DNA of 64,000 bases, from positions 42,605-106,604 of IMG/VR virus record IMGVR_UViG_3300042882_000890; one strand, written 5' to 3'. Made by a program: the position numbers and the translations under genes. Shown here piece after piece: positions 25,018 through 35,800 of this stretch; position 1 is the stretch's first letter, and each line of letters starts with the position of its first letter. The DNA comes from a virus. Below the pieces are notes generated by a model, which saw nothing but the letters and a program-made list of their open reading frames with translations, was not told where the DNA came from and made no database searches.

Positions 25018-26247
25018 ATGGAATTAAACAAAGAAAGGTTACGTGAACTCTTCGAGCAAGAGCAAAGCAAAACCAATGCCGCTAAAGCCTACTGTAAAGA
25101 GATGGGTATTGAGTACTCAGAGTCATTTAGAAAAAAAGCAAATTCTGCTATTTTATCAAGTGCTAGTAAAACCAACGATTTAGAAAACGAAACAGAAACT
25201 GAGACTAACCAGTACACAACTTCTCCTCTATCAGCCCTCAAAGAAGACGGTAAGATTATGAGTATCCAGGAGTACTGTGAATTTTATAATATCCCTTTTG
25301 AGCAAGTGCGAACTTTTAAGTTGGTTACTCATACCGGTAAAGGTGCTTATTACAACATAGCCTCTAACGCTATCGAAGGAGATGGTTTTAAGGCGTTTTA
25401 CGAACAGATGTTAAAAGACATAGCTGATATACCAAATAAGCCTAAAACTATTCTTAGATTCCCAGAAATGTCTCTTACAGATAAAGAGGAATACTTGCTT
25501 GTTATAGACCCATGTGATTTACATATTGGTAAACTAGCTGAAAGTTTTGAAACAGGTGAAGATTATGATAGTCAGATAGCTGTAAAAAGAGCTAAAGAAG
25601 GTGTTAAAGGTATTTTAGATAAGACTAAAGGTTTTAGTATTGACAAAATACTTTTTATAGGGGGTAATGATATTCTTCATATAGATACACCTAAAAGAAC
25701 AACTACATCAGGTACGCCACAAGACACTGTAGGTAGTTGGTATTCAAATTTCTTAGTGGCTAAAGAATTGTATATAGATATTTTAAGTGAGCTTATTGAA
25801 GTCGCTGATGTACATTTTGTATTTAACCCCAGTAACCACGATTGGACTCATGGATTCTTTTTAGCAGATGTGATTCAAACTTATTTTAAAGATTGTGAAA
25901 ACATTACTTTTGACTGTGACTTAACACATAGAAAGTACTTTAGATATTTTGATAATTTAATAGGTTCAACACATGGGGATAGTGCAAAAATACCAGACTT
26001 ACCTCTACTTATGGCACATGAAAGTGCTGATTGGAGCTTTTGTAAACACAAATATATTTATACGCACCATGTACATCACAAATCAAGTAAAGATTATATG
26101 GGAGTAAATGTTGAGTCTATGAGAAGTGCTAGTGGTACAGACGGTTGGCATCACAGGTCAGGATATGCTCACGCCCCTAAGGCGATTGAAGGATTTTTGC
26201 ACTCTAAGATTCATGGTCAAATTTGTAGAATTGTGCATATTTTTTAG
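25018..26247 (+). CDS. calcineurin-like metallophosphoesterase
   Basis: DLH, GGND, SNHD, HGD and HHVHH. Confidence 0.85.
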   Translation: MELNKERLRELFEQEQSKTNAAKAYCKEMGIEYSESFRKKANSAILSSASKTNDLENETETETNQYTTSPLSALKEDGKIMSIQEYCEFYNIPFEQVRTFKLVTHTGKGAYYNIASNAIEGDGFKAFYEQMLKDIADIPNKPKTILRFPEMSLTDKEEYLLVIDPCDLHIGKLAESFETGEDYDSQIAVKRAKEGVKGILDKTKGFSIDKILFIGGNDILHIDTPKRTTTSGTPQDTVGSWYSNFLVAKELYIDILSELIEVADVHFVFNPSNHDWTHGFFLADVIQTYFKDCENITFDCDLTHRKYFRYFDNLIGSTHGDSAKIPDLPLLMAHESADWSFCKHKYIYTHHVHHKSSKDYMGVNVESMRSASGTDGWHHRSGYAHAPKAIEGFLHSKIHGQICRIVHIF

Positions 26248-26249
26248 AT

Positions 26250-26864
26250 ATGGAAAAAATTTGTGGTATTTATAAAATAACTTCCCCTAATGGAAAAATC
26301 TACATAGGTGAAAGCTCTGATATTGATACTAGAAAATATTATTATAAAATAGTAAGTTGCCATAAACAAATTAAATTATACAACTCTTTAAAAAAGTATG
26401 GGTGGAATGCTCATACTTTTGAGATTTTAGAAGAATGTGATTTTGGGGAATTACTCTGTAGAGAAAGATACTGGCAAGATTTCTATGATGTTTTAGGAAG
26501 CAAGGGTTTAAACTTAGAGCTTACTAATTGTGGAGACAAAAAAAGAGTACTAAGTCAATTAAGTAAAGATAAAATAAGCAAGGCTAATTCTGGAGTAAAT
26601 AACGGTATGTTTGGTAGGAGTCTTTCCAAGGAACACTTAAAAATTTTACAAGAGCACAAGCATACAAATGAGGCTATTCTAAAAATAAGGGAAAGGAGTT
26701 TTGGGGAAAATAACCCAAATGCAAAGTTGGTTCTAAATACAGAAACTGGTATATTTTATGGTTGTGTAAAAGATGCAGCTTTTACTATAGGTATGTTAAG
26801 AGATACCTTAAAACAACAACTTAATGGGAGAAGAAAAAACAAAACTTCTTTTATGTATGTATAA
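26250..26864 (+). CDS. GIY-YIG homing endonuclease (NUMOD3-type repeats, C-terminal HTH)
   Basis: GIYKIT...KIYIGES, RERYW and GVNNGMFG/GENNPN repeats. Confidence 0.9.
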   Translation: MEKICGIYKITSPNGKIYIGESSDIDTRKYYYKIVSCHKQIKLYNSLKKYGWNAHTFEILEECDFGELLCRERYWQDFYDVLGSKGLNLELTNCGDKKRVLSQLSKDKISKANSGVNNGMFGRSLSKEHLKILQEHKHTNEAILKIRERSFGENNPNAKLVLNTETGIFYGCVKDAAFTIGMLRDTLKQQLNGRRKNKTSFMYV

Positions 26865-26908
26865 AAAATAAACCCCCAAAGACTTAAAAATCTGAGGGGG
26901 TTTTTCTT
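26863..26908. terminator. bidirectional terminator where the two arms converge
   Basis: A tract, then AACCCCC...GGGGGTT, then a T tract. Confidence 0.8.
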
Positions 26909-26991
26909 TGCTTATACCTAACACCACTTACACCTATTGGCTGGATTCAGAACTGCCGGGGACACCCCAACAGCGATAAGCTACATGTATT

Positions 26992-29900
26992 TTAAATATC
27001 TTCTTCGTCTAATACCCAAGCTACTGGAATAAGAGCTTCCTCTTTGTTAAAGTAGTCAAAGGCATCTCTCTGAGATTTTAAGTTCTCTGCATTCCAAACA
27101 TCAAACATAGATTTAGCACCTGTTATATTTTTGATAAGATAAACTTGTTGTTTTGTCAAACCTTGATATCTACCTCTCTCAACTACGCTTGTGTCTAGTA
27201 AGTTCCCAATTTTAACTAAATTCTCAATTTTTTGTAAACCTACTACAGGCTCTTTGAAAGATGAATAAAATTCACCAAAAGAACCTAATTGAGAAGAAGC
27301 TACCTCGGTTGTTGTTCTTTCAAACAAGTATGCTGATAGTTGTGCTCCCCACAAATCTTCTTCGTCATCTGCAAAACTAGATAAGAATATGGTTAGCAAG
27401 AACAAACCTGAAAGGAATAACAACTCTTTACTGGCTCTTTCAAGATTTTTTCTAGTTGTTTCATCACCGTTAATATATAAGTCTTTAAACTCATTCATTA
27501 TACCTTTTAGCTTACCTTTTTTGTAACCCATATTTATTGCATCAACAAAGTAGTTAGCTGCTGTAACGTATGTCCCTTCTTCTACTTTACCTGTCTGGAA
27601 GTTTATGTGTCTTCTTTTAAAACGGTTAGCGGCAGATATTGCTAACCAACCTTTATGTGTCATTACAAATCTACCTAAAACGTCTCTCTGTAAAGTTGTT
27701 CTTTCTTCATTTGTGATTTGACCGTCAATTCTTTCGACTAGTTTCTTAGTCTTAGATATAACGCCTAACTCAATATTCCGGAAATCTTTTCTGAACTCTT
27801 CGTCATTAGCTCTATTCATATCCTTAGCCAAAGATTCAAACTCGTAAGTCATAGTTGGATAAGGTTTGCCATTTTTATCTTCTGTAAGAATGTAATTGTA
27901 TAAAGCTTTGCTTTCTAAGGCTTTCCAGGCTGCGGTTACATCTTTGATATTAGCTCTTGAACCTAAAGCGTTATTAAACATTACTTTAAACTGCTCAAAA
28001 TCTACTATCTTGCCTTCATAAACTCTGTTACCATATAGCTGCGATAGCATAGCTTTTGATAGTGGTACGAAGTTACCAGCTGTATGTAAAATATACATCG
28101 ACTTACTAAGTGCTCTAGGAGCCTTATTATACATAGAGTCTTGGAATCTACGGTCTAAATCAAATATTCCGAAGTACTCCCCCATCAATGATAATTTAGC
28201 TCTGGAATTTAACTCCAAACTTTCTTTCATTGCCGGTGTAGATAGTTTGTAAAACTCTTTTCTGGCTAAGTTGTAAGAACCAGAATCTACATATTGCTCT
28301 AGTAATCTCTCTATAATTAAGGAAGCTTCTGCTGTCATCCAAGAAGTTATAGGAACAATAAAGTTTCTACCAAGAGAGTTATTTCTAAGCCAGTTGTGTA
28401 GTTTGTTAATAACTTTTGTAACATCTACTTGTCCTAAAACAGGTAAGTTTACTCTCCAGTTTCTTCTTTCTTTTACTCCAAATAAGTTGTAATCCATATA
28501 AGACTTAAACATCTTATAGGTGTTGGTAGCCTCAGCTGATTTACCCCCTGGGTAAGCTCTATTTAAAGCTTTGTCATTAAGGGTTGCGAACTCAGAATAC
28601 CTATCTTTTTTAGATTTGTATAACTCTGCTTGTTGAGCCATCAAAGCTGAAGTATAAAATAAATCCTCTGACACAAAATCCTTTTCAGAGAGTCTGTTCA
28701 AGAAGTACTTAGGTATTACTCTAAAACCTTCATTCTTTATAAAAGCTTCTCCCTTGTTTGCCTCATCTCCAAAAGCTTGTTCATCTATTCTAAATCTCAA
28801 GAAATCCTGCCACATATCTTTTGTAGAACCTTTTGGGTCTTTCAAGAAATCCATAGTTTTATTAAAACTTGTTTTTGATATTTGTGGTGCCAAATACAAG
28901 TTGTGTAATCCTAGTTCTCCATAAGAACGTAAAGTATCTTTTTGGAAGTTTATGTACTCTTTGTATAACTCAAATAACTCTTTATTAGAGTTTGCTTGCA
29001 TATTGCCATCAGCATCTAATACCGGGTTGTTTTCAGAGTCTCTTTTAGGGTTAAATAGCTGAACGAATCTACTGTTTGAATACTGTGATAATTTAGGTTG
29101 TCTTGAACCACCCTCAAAATCTTCTCTGTAATTACTGTTCTTAAATTTAATCTCCCCCATTTCGTAATAAGAGAAGTTATTGCTAACTTTTACATCATCT
29201 CTATTATTCAAAGAATTAACTAATCCAAAAACATTACCGTTGCCCTCTTTTAGGTTCGTGTAAAACTCAGACAATCCTACTGGAGCAAAAGCTTTGTAGT
29301 ACATTGCTATTTTTGACTCTGCGTATTTTAAAACAATGTCTTCTACCTCTTCTTTTAAGATATCTTCTCTACCTACTATGTTCTCTATTAACTTTTTGCT
29401 TGCGGCAGTTATAGGTCTATTTTTGGTAAAGTTTTCTAGTGCATCTCTTAATCTTTCTACTCTTCTTCTATTGGTAAGAGTCATGTTTTTTAATGCAAAA
29501 TCTATTTTGTCAGAAGTCTCTGTTATACCTTTGTCTTTTAAAGAATCGTAGTAAGCTTGGTTTGGGGTTACTTCTGAAACTTTTTCAGCTTCTTCACCCA
29601 TTTCACTTATAGTACTCTTTTGAAAAGTTTTGTATAATTCAGAATACAACTCATCAATCCTTTCTGATAAATCTAACACATTTTTTCTAATATCATCCGA
29701 CATTTCGTCTGCCAAAATATTAGTATAGTTTCTAGAGTCCTGGAACTTTTTTAGTATAGCTTTTCTTTTATCTAAGCTTTCTTTGTATTCGTTTATTTTT
29801 AGTATTGTTAACTCATCTGCTTCCGGGTCTTGTTCATACAAATCAAGCTCTGTCATCAATGTTTCAGAAGAATTAAAGCTGTTCCAAAAATCATTTGAGA

Positions 29901-32721
29901 AACCTACAGTGGAGTTCAACAAGAAGAACTCAACAGCTGCCTCTCTACCTTCTTCCGTTTCTATTCTACTAAGCTCTTCTAAGAACTTCGGTGCTAATTT
30001 ATCTACATCAATTTTTTGACCAGACAGCTCAGCCTCTCTTTTCTTTTGTGCTAATACATCAAGGTCTAGTTTAGTTATTTCAAAAGCAGTTCTTGAATCT
30101 GGGTCGTTTGGATTAGCTAATTCATAGTAAGTACCGTTTACTTCTAGTGTTTCATTAGAAGGAAAATTTACTTTTTTAATCCCACTTCTTAGAGTACCGT
30201 CATTTTCAAAAAAAGATTTTAGTTGCTTTCTTTTTAGATTAAAACCATCTAATTCGTGTTTATCTTGTAATGTGTATCTTGGTAATCCTTTTTCTGTTTT
30301 AACCCTAGCCATAAGCTCCCCTAAATCCATAGATAAAAGGCTTAGCTCTGTTTTTGTTGTTTCAGAAATACCTAGTCTAGTATAACGGTCTTCTCTTTCT
30401 TGGTAGTACTCATCTGTAAAGCTTCTCTCTACGATAGAGTTTACAGCTTTGCTTACTTCTTGTTTGTATAAAAACTCATTGCCACCATCTGCCGCATCTT
30501 TTATTTTAGGTAAACTATTTGTATTAAGCCCTTCAATTATTTCTGCATCAGTCATATTGTGACCGCTATATTTTTTGAAGTTTTCTACTTTTATATTAAG
30601 TATATCTTTCTCAAATTTAGACCAGTCGTACATACTTACAATATAGCCATCTTCATCAAAAAACTTGGTTAAGTCTTTTTCAGTAAAACCTAACTCTCTA
30701 ACCTTCATTTGAAAGGCTTTAGTTCTGTTTATGTATGTTAATTCTGCATCTCTGTTCATATCAGAAATTACAGTACTCAACATATTTAGTATGGGGTCAT
30801 TTGCGTGTGAAAGCTGTCCAAATAGAGCGTAAACCATTTGAGTATCTCTCATAGCTACATCTATAGCTTTCTCTAACTCAGGTCTTAAATCATCACTTAG
30901 GTTGTGTCTTACCATTAACCTGTTTACGATTTCATCTATAATCTTAGTTTCCGTAAGTTGTACTTTTGCTGTAACTGCTGATATAGAAGTCTCTACACTT
31001 TCTAAATCTGGAATCAAAGTTTTTAAGCTTGGGTCATTTTGTACTATTACCCTAAGCTTGCTCAGTAATGGGCTAATTTCATCCTTTAAACTACGAAGTA
31101 CAATGCCCTCTTCATTAGACAAAGTTTTACCTTTTTTATTTGCGTTGTCAATAGCAAACCCTACGTATCTAGCTTGGCTTTTTGCTAGAGAAATTAGGTC
31201 TAAAGCGGAACTCTTTGTAAGCTCTTTGTCCAGGATATCGTTAAGTTTTTGAATTGTGGCTCTAGAACCTCTACCTGCTTTTCTTAGATTTTTTTCTTGC
31301 TCAATCAAAGACATAACCAATTGTTTTGAAACAGCCGATTTAGCATCTAAAGCTGGGTCTCCGCTTGGATTCAATTGATACATTCTAAACTTTTTCTCTT
31401 TAGCTTTTTCTAATTTTAGATACTGGTTTACGTTTTTGGTTATAATTAAATCTTCTACTTTATCAGTAAGCTTTGCTATATCGTCATAGAAGCTTTGTTC
31501 AGAAATTATACTATCAAAAAAGTTTTTAAATAGCTCAAAAATCCTAGCTAAGATATTAGTTTGTATTTCTGTTTTACCTTCTGTACTAAATCTGTTTTGT
31601 AAGGCTTTGGCTAGTTCTTTTCCTAATATCTCTCTTCTTAATAGGTTCTCTATTTGCTCAGATGACATAGCAGGATTCTCAGAAATATAAACCTCTCTGT
31701 AATTCTGTGATAACTCTTGGTAAGTTTGTGTTTTGTGTATGTTTCTAAGAATATTTTCAATATCAGCATCATCCCAAGTTTCAACTATAAAGTGAGATGT
31801 CTCTTCTAGTAAACCGTCTGTGGATATCTCTCCATCTCTGTACGCTATCACTTGTTGTGATATGTCTAATAGCGTTTTAGCATCCGGAGAAATCCCATTT
31901 CTTATTTCGTAGTTTTTTACGTATTCGTCTATAGACATTACACTAACGCCCATTGCGTTAAGTAAGTCCATCAATCTCATTTTTAATGATTCTTCATTAG
32001 TATCTATGGTTTCCCCACTTAGCCCCGAAGGTAAAACTTCTCTAACTAACTTATTCAAAAATAAAGACTTTCCTTGAGCTTCCCCAAACTTTGACTTTAA
32101 ATCTTCCATAGAAGCTTTTGCAATCTCTTCAGTTGTAGCTGTCTTACCGTTAGACTCAATTTTGTTTTTACCGTCTTTTAGCTCTATTCTACCGTCTTTG
32201 AATATTTTTGTGTTGCTTTTTCCTAAACGAATTATAGCTTCATCTTTTATGATTTGCTCATTAGCTAATTGTAAGATTTGGTTGGTTCCCTCTGCCTTAT
32301 GGTAATTCTTTCCTGATTCTATTATTTTTTCATCAGACAACATATCCTCTTTGATAAGGCTGTTTATAAAACCTTCGTATGTTTCTGTGTTTGTGTTTGA
32401 AGATATTTTTTGTAATACTGTAAATGTGTCATTAACCGGTATTCCCACTTCAATCTCCCCACCTGTAGAGTCTTTCAATGCCTCTTTGAAAGAGTTGAAT
32501 GTGTTTCCTTTATCTGACTTAAAAGATAAGTTTGGCTCCACTTCCTGATTAGATAAGTTTATCTTATCTGAATAGACATTTTTAAAAGTCTCTAGGGCTT
32601 CTTCCAGGGAGCTGGTATGAGGCAGTCTGGCAATTTGTTTAAACAATCTACTTTCTGTGCCATTAGGCGTAAGTACATTATCTATTCCCCCGGTTTTATT
32701 AAATTTTATTGTACAAGTCAT
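26992..32721 (-). CDS. giant virion cargo/ejection protein (1909 aa)
   Basis: Helical, with a degenerate zincin motif (EETSH..REILGK), a C-terminal TM segment and a single Cys at residue 3. Position matches crAss-like cargo genes. Confidence 0.7.
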   Translation of the reverse strand: MTCTIKFNKTGGIDNVLTPNGTESRLFKQIARLPHTSSLEEALETFKNVYSDKINLSNQEVEPNLSFKSDKGNTFNSFKEALKDSTGGEIEVGIPVNDTFTVLQKISSNTNTETYEGFINSLIKEDMLSDEKIIESGKNYHKAEGTNQILQLANEQIIKDEAIIRLGKSNTKIFKDGRIELKDGKNKIESNGKTATTEEIAKASMEDLKSKFGEAQGKSLFLNKLVREVLPSGLSGETIDTNEESLKMRLMDLLNAMGVSVMSIDEYVKNYEIRNGISPDAKTLLDISQQVIAYRDGEISTDGLLEETSHFIVETWDDADIENILRNIHKTQTYQELSQNYREVYISENPAMSSEQIENLLRREILGKELAKALQNRFSTEGKTEIQTNILARIFELFKNFFDSIISEQSFYDDIAKLTDKVEDLIITKNVNQYLKLEKAKEKKFRMYQLNPSGDPALDAKSAVSKQLVMSLIEQEKNLRKAGRGSRATIQKLNDILDKELTKSSALDLISLAKSQARYVGFAIDNANKKGKTLSNEEGIVLRSLKDEISPLLSKLRVIVQNDPSLKTLIPDLESVETSISAVTAKVQLTETKIIDEIVNRLMVRHNLSDDLRPELEKAIDVAMRDTQMVYALFGQLSHANDPILNMLSTVISDMNRDAELTYINRTKAFQMKVRELGFTEKDLTKFFDEDGYIVSMYDWSKFEKDILNIKVENFKKYSGHNMTDAEIIEGLNTNSLPKIKDAADGGNEFLYKQEVSKAVNSIVERSFTDEYYQEREDRYTRLGISETTKTELSLLSMDLGELMARVKTEKGLPRYTLQDKHELDGFNLKRKQLKSFFENDGTLRSGIKKVNFPSNETLEVNGTYYELANPNDPDSRTAFEITKLDLDVLAQKKREAELSGQKIDVDKLAPKFLEELSRIETEEGREAAVEFFLLNSTVGFSNDFWNSFNSSETLMTELDLYEQDPEADELTILKINEYKESLDKRKAILKKFQDSRNYTNILADEMSDDIRKNVLDLSERIDELYSELYKTFQKSTISEMGEEAEKVSEVTPNQAYYDSLKDKGITETSDKIDFALKNMTLTNRRRVERLRDALENFTKNRPITAASKKLIENIVGREDILKEEVEDIVLKYAESKIAMYYKAFAPVGLSEFYTNLKEGNGNVFGLVNSLNNRDDVKVSNNFSYYEMGEIKFKNSNYREDFEGGSRQPKLSQYSNSRFVQLFNPKRDSENNPVLDADGNMQANSNKELFELYKEYINFQKDTLRSYGELGLHNLYLAPQISKTSFNKTMDFLKDPKGSTKDMWQDFLRFRIDEQAFGDEANKGEAFIKNEGFRVIPKYFLNRLSEKDFVSEDLFYTSALMAQQAELYKSKKDRYSEFATLNDKALNRAYPGGKSAEATNTYKMFKSYMDYNLFGVKERRNWRVNLPVLGQVDVTKVINKLHNWLRNNSLGRNFIVPITSWMTAEASLIIERLLEQYVDSGSYNLARKEFYKLSTPAMKESLELNSRAKLSLMGEYFGIFDLDRRFQDSMYNKAPRALSKSMYILHTAGNFVPLSKAMLSQLYGNRVYEGKIVDFEQFKVMFNNALGSRANIKDVTAAWKALESKALYNYILTEDKNGKPYPTMTYEFESLAKDMNRANDEEFRKDFRNIELGVISKTKKLVERIDGQITNEERTTLQRDVLGRFVMTHKGWLAISAANRFKRRHINFQTGKVEEGTYVTAANYFVDAINMGYKKGKLKGIMNEFKDLYINGDETTRKNLERASKELLFLSGLFLLTIFLSSFADDEEDLWGAQLSAYLFERTTTEVASSQLGSFGEFYSSFKEPVVGLQKIENLVKIGNLLDTSVVERGRYQGLTKQQVYLIKNITGAKSMFDVWNAENLKSQRDAFDYFNKEEALIPVAWVLDEEDI

Positions 32722-32740
32722 CTTTTTTATTTGTTTTGTG

Positions 32741-32772
32741 CAAAATTAATATTTTTTTTTGAATTACGCAAA
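32741..32772 (-). promoter_or_regulatory. Bacteroidota primary-sigma promoter
   Basis: Minus strand TTTG-N20-TAATTTTG. Confidence 0.75.
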
Positions 32773-32777
32773 TAGAT

Positions 32778-32808
32778 TAAAAAAGTTAGGCTACTTTTCA
32801 GTAGCCTT
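32778..32808 (-). terminator. intrinsic terminator
   Basis: AGGCTAC/GTAGCCT hairpin followed by a T tract on the minus strand. Confidence 0.6.
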
Positions 32809-32813
32809 TCTTT

Positions 32814-35800
32814 TTATTGACATCCGAAGTATTCTTCGTTTATGTCATCCAACTCTTTCTTAGAGTAATAATTTTTAGAAGTTTTAAAAGCTTCCGGTGC
32901 ATTTGCCAAGTACATGTATTCTTGAAAACTTATGTCTGAGAAAGGTGCTTCCACATTTACTTTCTTATATCCTGTTCTCTTATCTGTATCTAACTTACCG
33001 TAGAATTTTATATTCTCGAACTCAAATATCTTTTCAAAAACTCCTATTGGTGTCTTTACAAAAGTCTCACTTTCATTTTTTACAGCTAAAACTCCGTCTT
33101 TTAAGTAGGTGTATTGCCCTGATACTTTTTTGACTCTATCTGGGTTATTAACCGCTTTTTGTCTTTGTTCTAATTGAGTATTTATATCTTCTGGCTTCTC
33201 TTCTAACAAAGGCATCTCCAGGTTCAAACTGTCTGATATGATGTTGTATTCTGCCAGCTCTTGTTTGAATCTTTCTGGTACACTATCAACAGCTTCAGAC
33301 TTAGACATTTCATCGCTGTTTACCAATTCTATACCTTTACCAGTCACTTTAAAGTACGGGTTAGATGTTGTCAGTATCCACTTGTTGAAATCTTTCAAGA
33401 ACTCATCTGTCAAGTACTCCTCTGAATTAGTTATCTTATTGAAATTATCAACTTTAACAGTAGGTCTTTGTGTAGACATCGGGAAATCAAAAAACTTTTT
33501 GTAAAGGAATATTTTCTCCAAGTTATCAACATCAACTTCGTAATCAGAAACTTCTAGTAAACTTGCATTTCTCTCTACATATAGTTTTAAAGCTTCAAGT
33601 GTATCTATACCTTCCGGTAGTAAATTTTTGTATTCAAAAAAGCTTTCGTACAAGCTGTCCAAAGACTGTTCTTTTACCTTTCTATAGATACCATCATCCT
33701 TCTTAATTAATCCGAACTCAGAAAACATCTCGTATTCAGATAAAGGCTCTTCAACAACTACATCATTTTCACTATTAGTTTTTATAACTTCTGTTTTAGC
33801 TTCTTTATCACCGAGTATCTTGTAATATCTTTCAGTGAACTCAATCATGTTTTCTGGGTTACTAGGGTCTTCTATAACATCCTCCATAGAATCTAAAAAT
33901 CCTAGTACCTCGTCTCTTGATAACTCTAAAGCTAGGGTAGGGAAGTTTCTTAAATCAATACCATTTACCTGAACATTTTTCTTAATCTTATTAAGGACTT
34001 TTGATACATTTTTTAAATCACTATTGAATATCTCTTTGTCAATACCTTGTCTCAAAAACGCAATATCTTCAGTAATAGAAATGTCTAAATCATCAGTCAT
34101 TGTATTTAATAGCATACCTTCGACATCTTCTGTTTTGTCCACCAACTCCCCATCCACTACAGTTTTTATTGGAGCCTTTTTGTGGTCTCTAGCAATAGAA
34201 TCTACTGTTTCTTTGAAGTTAGGGTCTGTATAGTATTTGTTAGAGAAAGTTGTTGGTAAAGCTTCGTCAATTTCTGACTCTTCTAACCCGGCTACACTTT
34301 CTACTAAGTCTTTTTCTACAATACTAGGATTAGTAACCTCTTGCTTTCCGAACTGGTTTACTTCTCTACCTTGTGGTATAATAAAGTTTTCATCGTAATC
34401 TAATTCAAATGGCTCACTGTTTCTTAGAGATAGTAAGCTTTCTTTTATTTGCTTTTGTAACTTAGGTGAACTAAGTATAGTGTTTATTTCAAAAATGTTG
34501 TACAGTTTACTTCTTTGTAAAGATAGCTTATCAAACAGTACAATACCATTCTTCATCAAAGCTTTCTCCATTTTTTCAACTAACTCTTTTGAACTTTTCA
34601 CTTTTAAAGCCATTGCTGCGTTCTTTGCAGCTTTTAATCCTTCTAAACCTAAAGGTTTAACTTTAGAGTTTGAAAAATCCATCAGAGTTTTTATAGAGGG
34701 CTCTCCGTTAGAGTCCGTATCTTTTAAAGAAACTGGTCTAGCTTTTCTTACCATCTCAAAATCGGAAGTTTTTTCAAATCCTAAAGAAGTATAAAAAGAC
34801 TCAAGTCTTTCAGGCTTAGTGGTGGTGTCTCTTGGGCTTACCATCAAGTAAACATCTTTTCCTTGTGCATCGGTTCCATTTAAGAACAACTCCGCAGCTT
34901 TCCTTGCATTACCTTGACCTCTTTCAGTAGACTCTATAAGTTCCCACTCAACGCCCTCAAGTTTCTCTCCGGTTATCGGATTAACTCTATCCTTTGCAAA
35001 TATTTTAGTACCGTTTAACTCTAAGGAGGGCTGTCTGGTTACAGTAGGTGTGGTTGGTGTATTTAATACTGACATCCTTTTACCTTCTGGAGAATTTACG
35101 ATACTACTATATGTGCTCTTATACTCCTGAGGTAAATCAGAGTTATTTATTATATCTGAAATCTCTTCTTGGCTCAGTTTGGTATAATTCTCGTTTAAGC
35201 TGTATACACTATCATATCTATTCTCTCTATTTCTATAGTTATTTAAGTCTAGATATAGTTGTTTTAGTTTTTCGTTTTTAGGAACTGGTATTATAGATTT
35301 GTAACCTTTTGATGAATTGCTATCATAATTTTCTTGAAAAGGTTTTTTTACAGTTGCCCCCTCAGATACTTGCGTATCATTAGGCTTGTGTTCTTTAATA
35401 CTTTGAGCTCTAGTTCTGTTTTGCCATTCTGCTACAACCATCTCATATCCAAAATCTGCTGCTACTTTTGTAACATAAGCAACTTGGGTATTTGGGTCAA
35501 AGGCTTTTCCTGGATACTCTTTAGAATGGAGTTCTCTTGCTTTTTCAATAAGGTTCAAGCTATCTGTATTAAAGTCATAAACTTTATCCATAGGTATTTT
35601 TACCATGTATTTAGACTCTCCTCTAATCATGGTTTCACTGTCCTCTGGTCTAGAATAGTACATAGCAAGTCCTCCTACTTTTGCTAAAGCTTGAGCTTCT
35701 TCTCTAGAAGTTGCTGTAGTGTCTCCAGAAGTTCTTTTTATCACCTCATAGCCACTTGTACCTACATGGTAGAAAACAAAATTTCCTTGTCCATCTTCTG

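Noticed and set aside
7941-26864. Group I introns or inteins in nrdA/nrdB/polA, or around the GIY-YIG gene
   Set aside because: The genes are uninterrupted and of normal length, and both endonucleases are free-standing.
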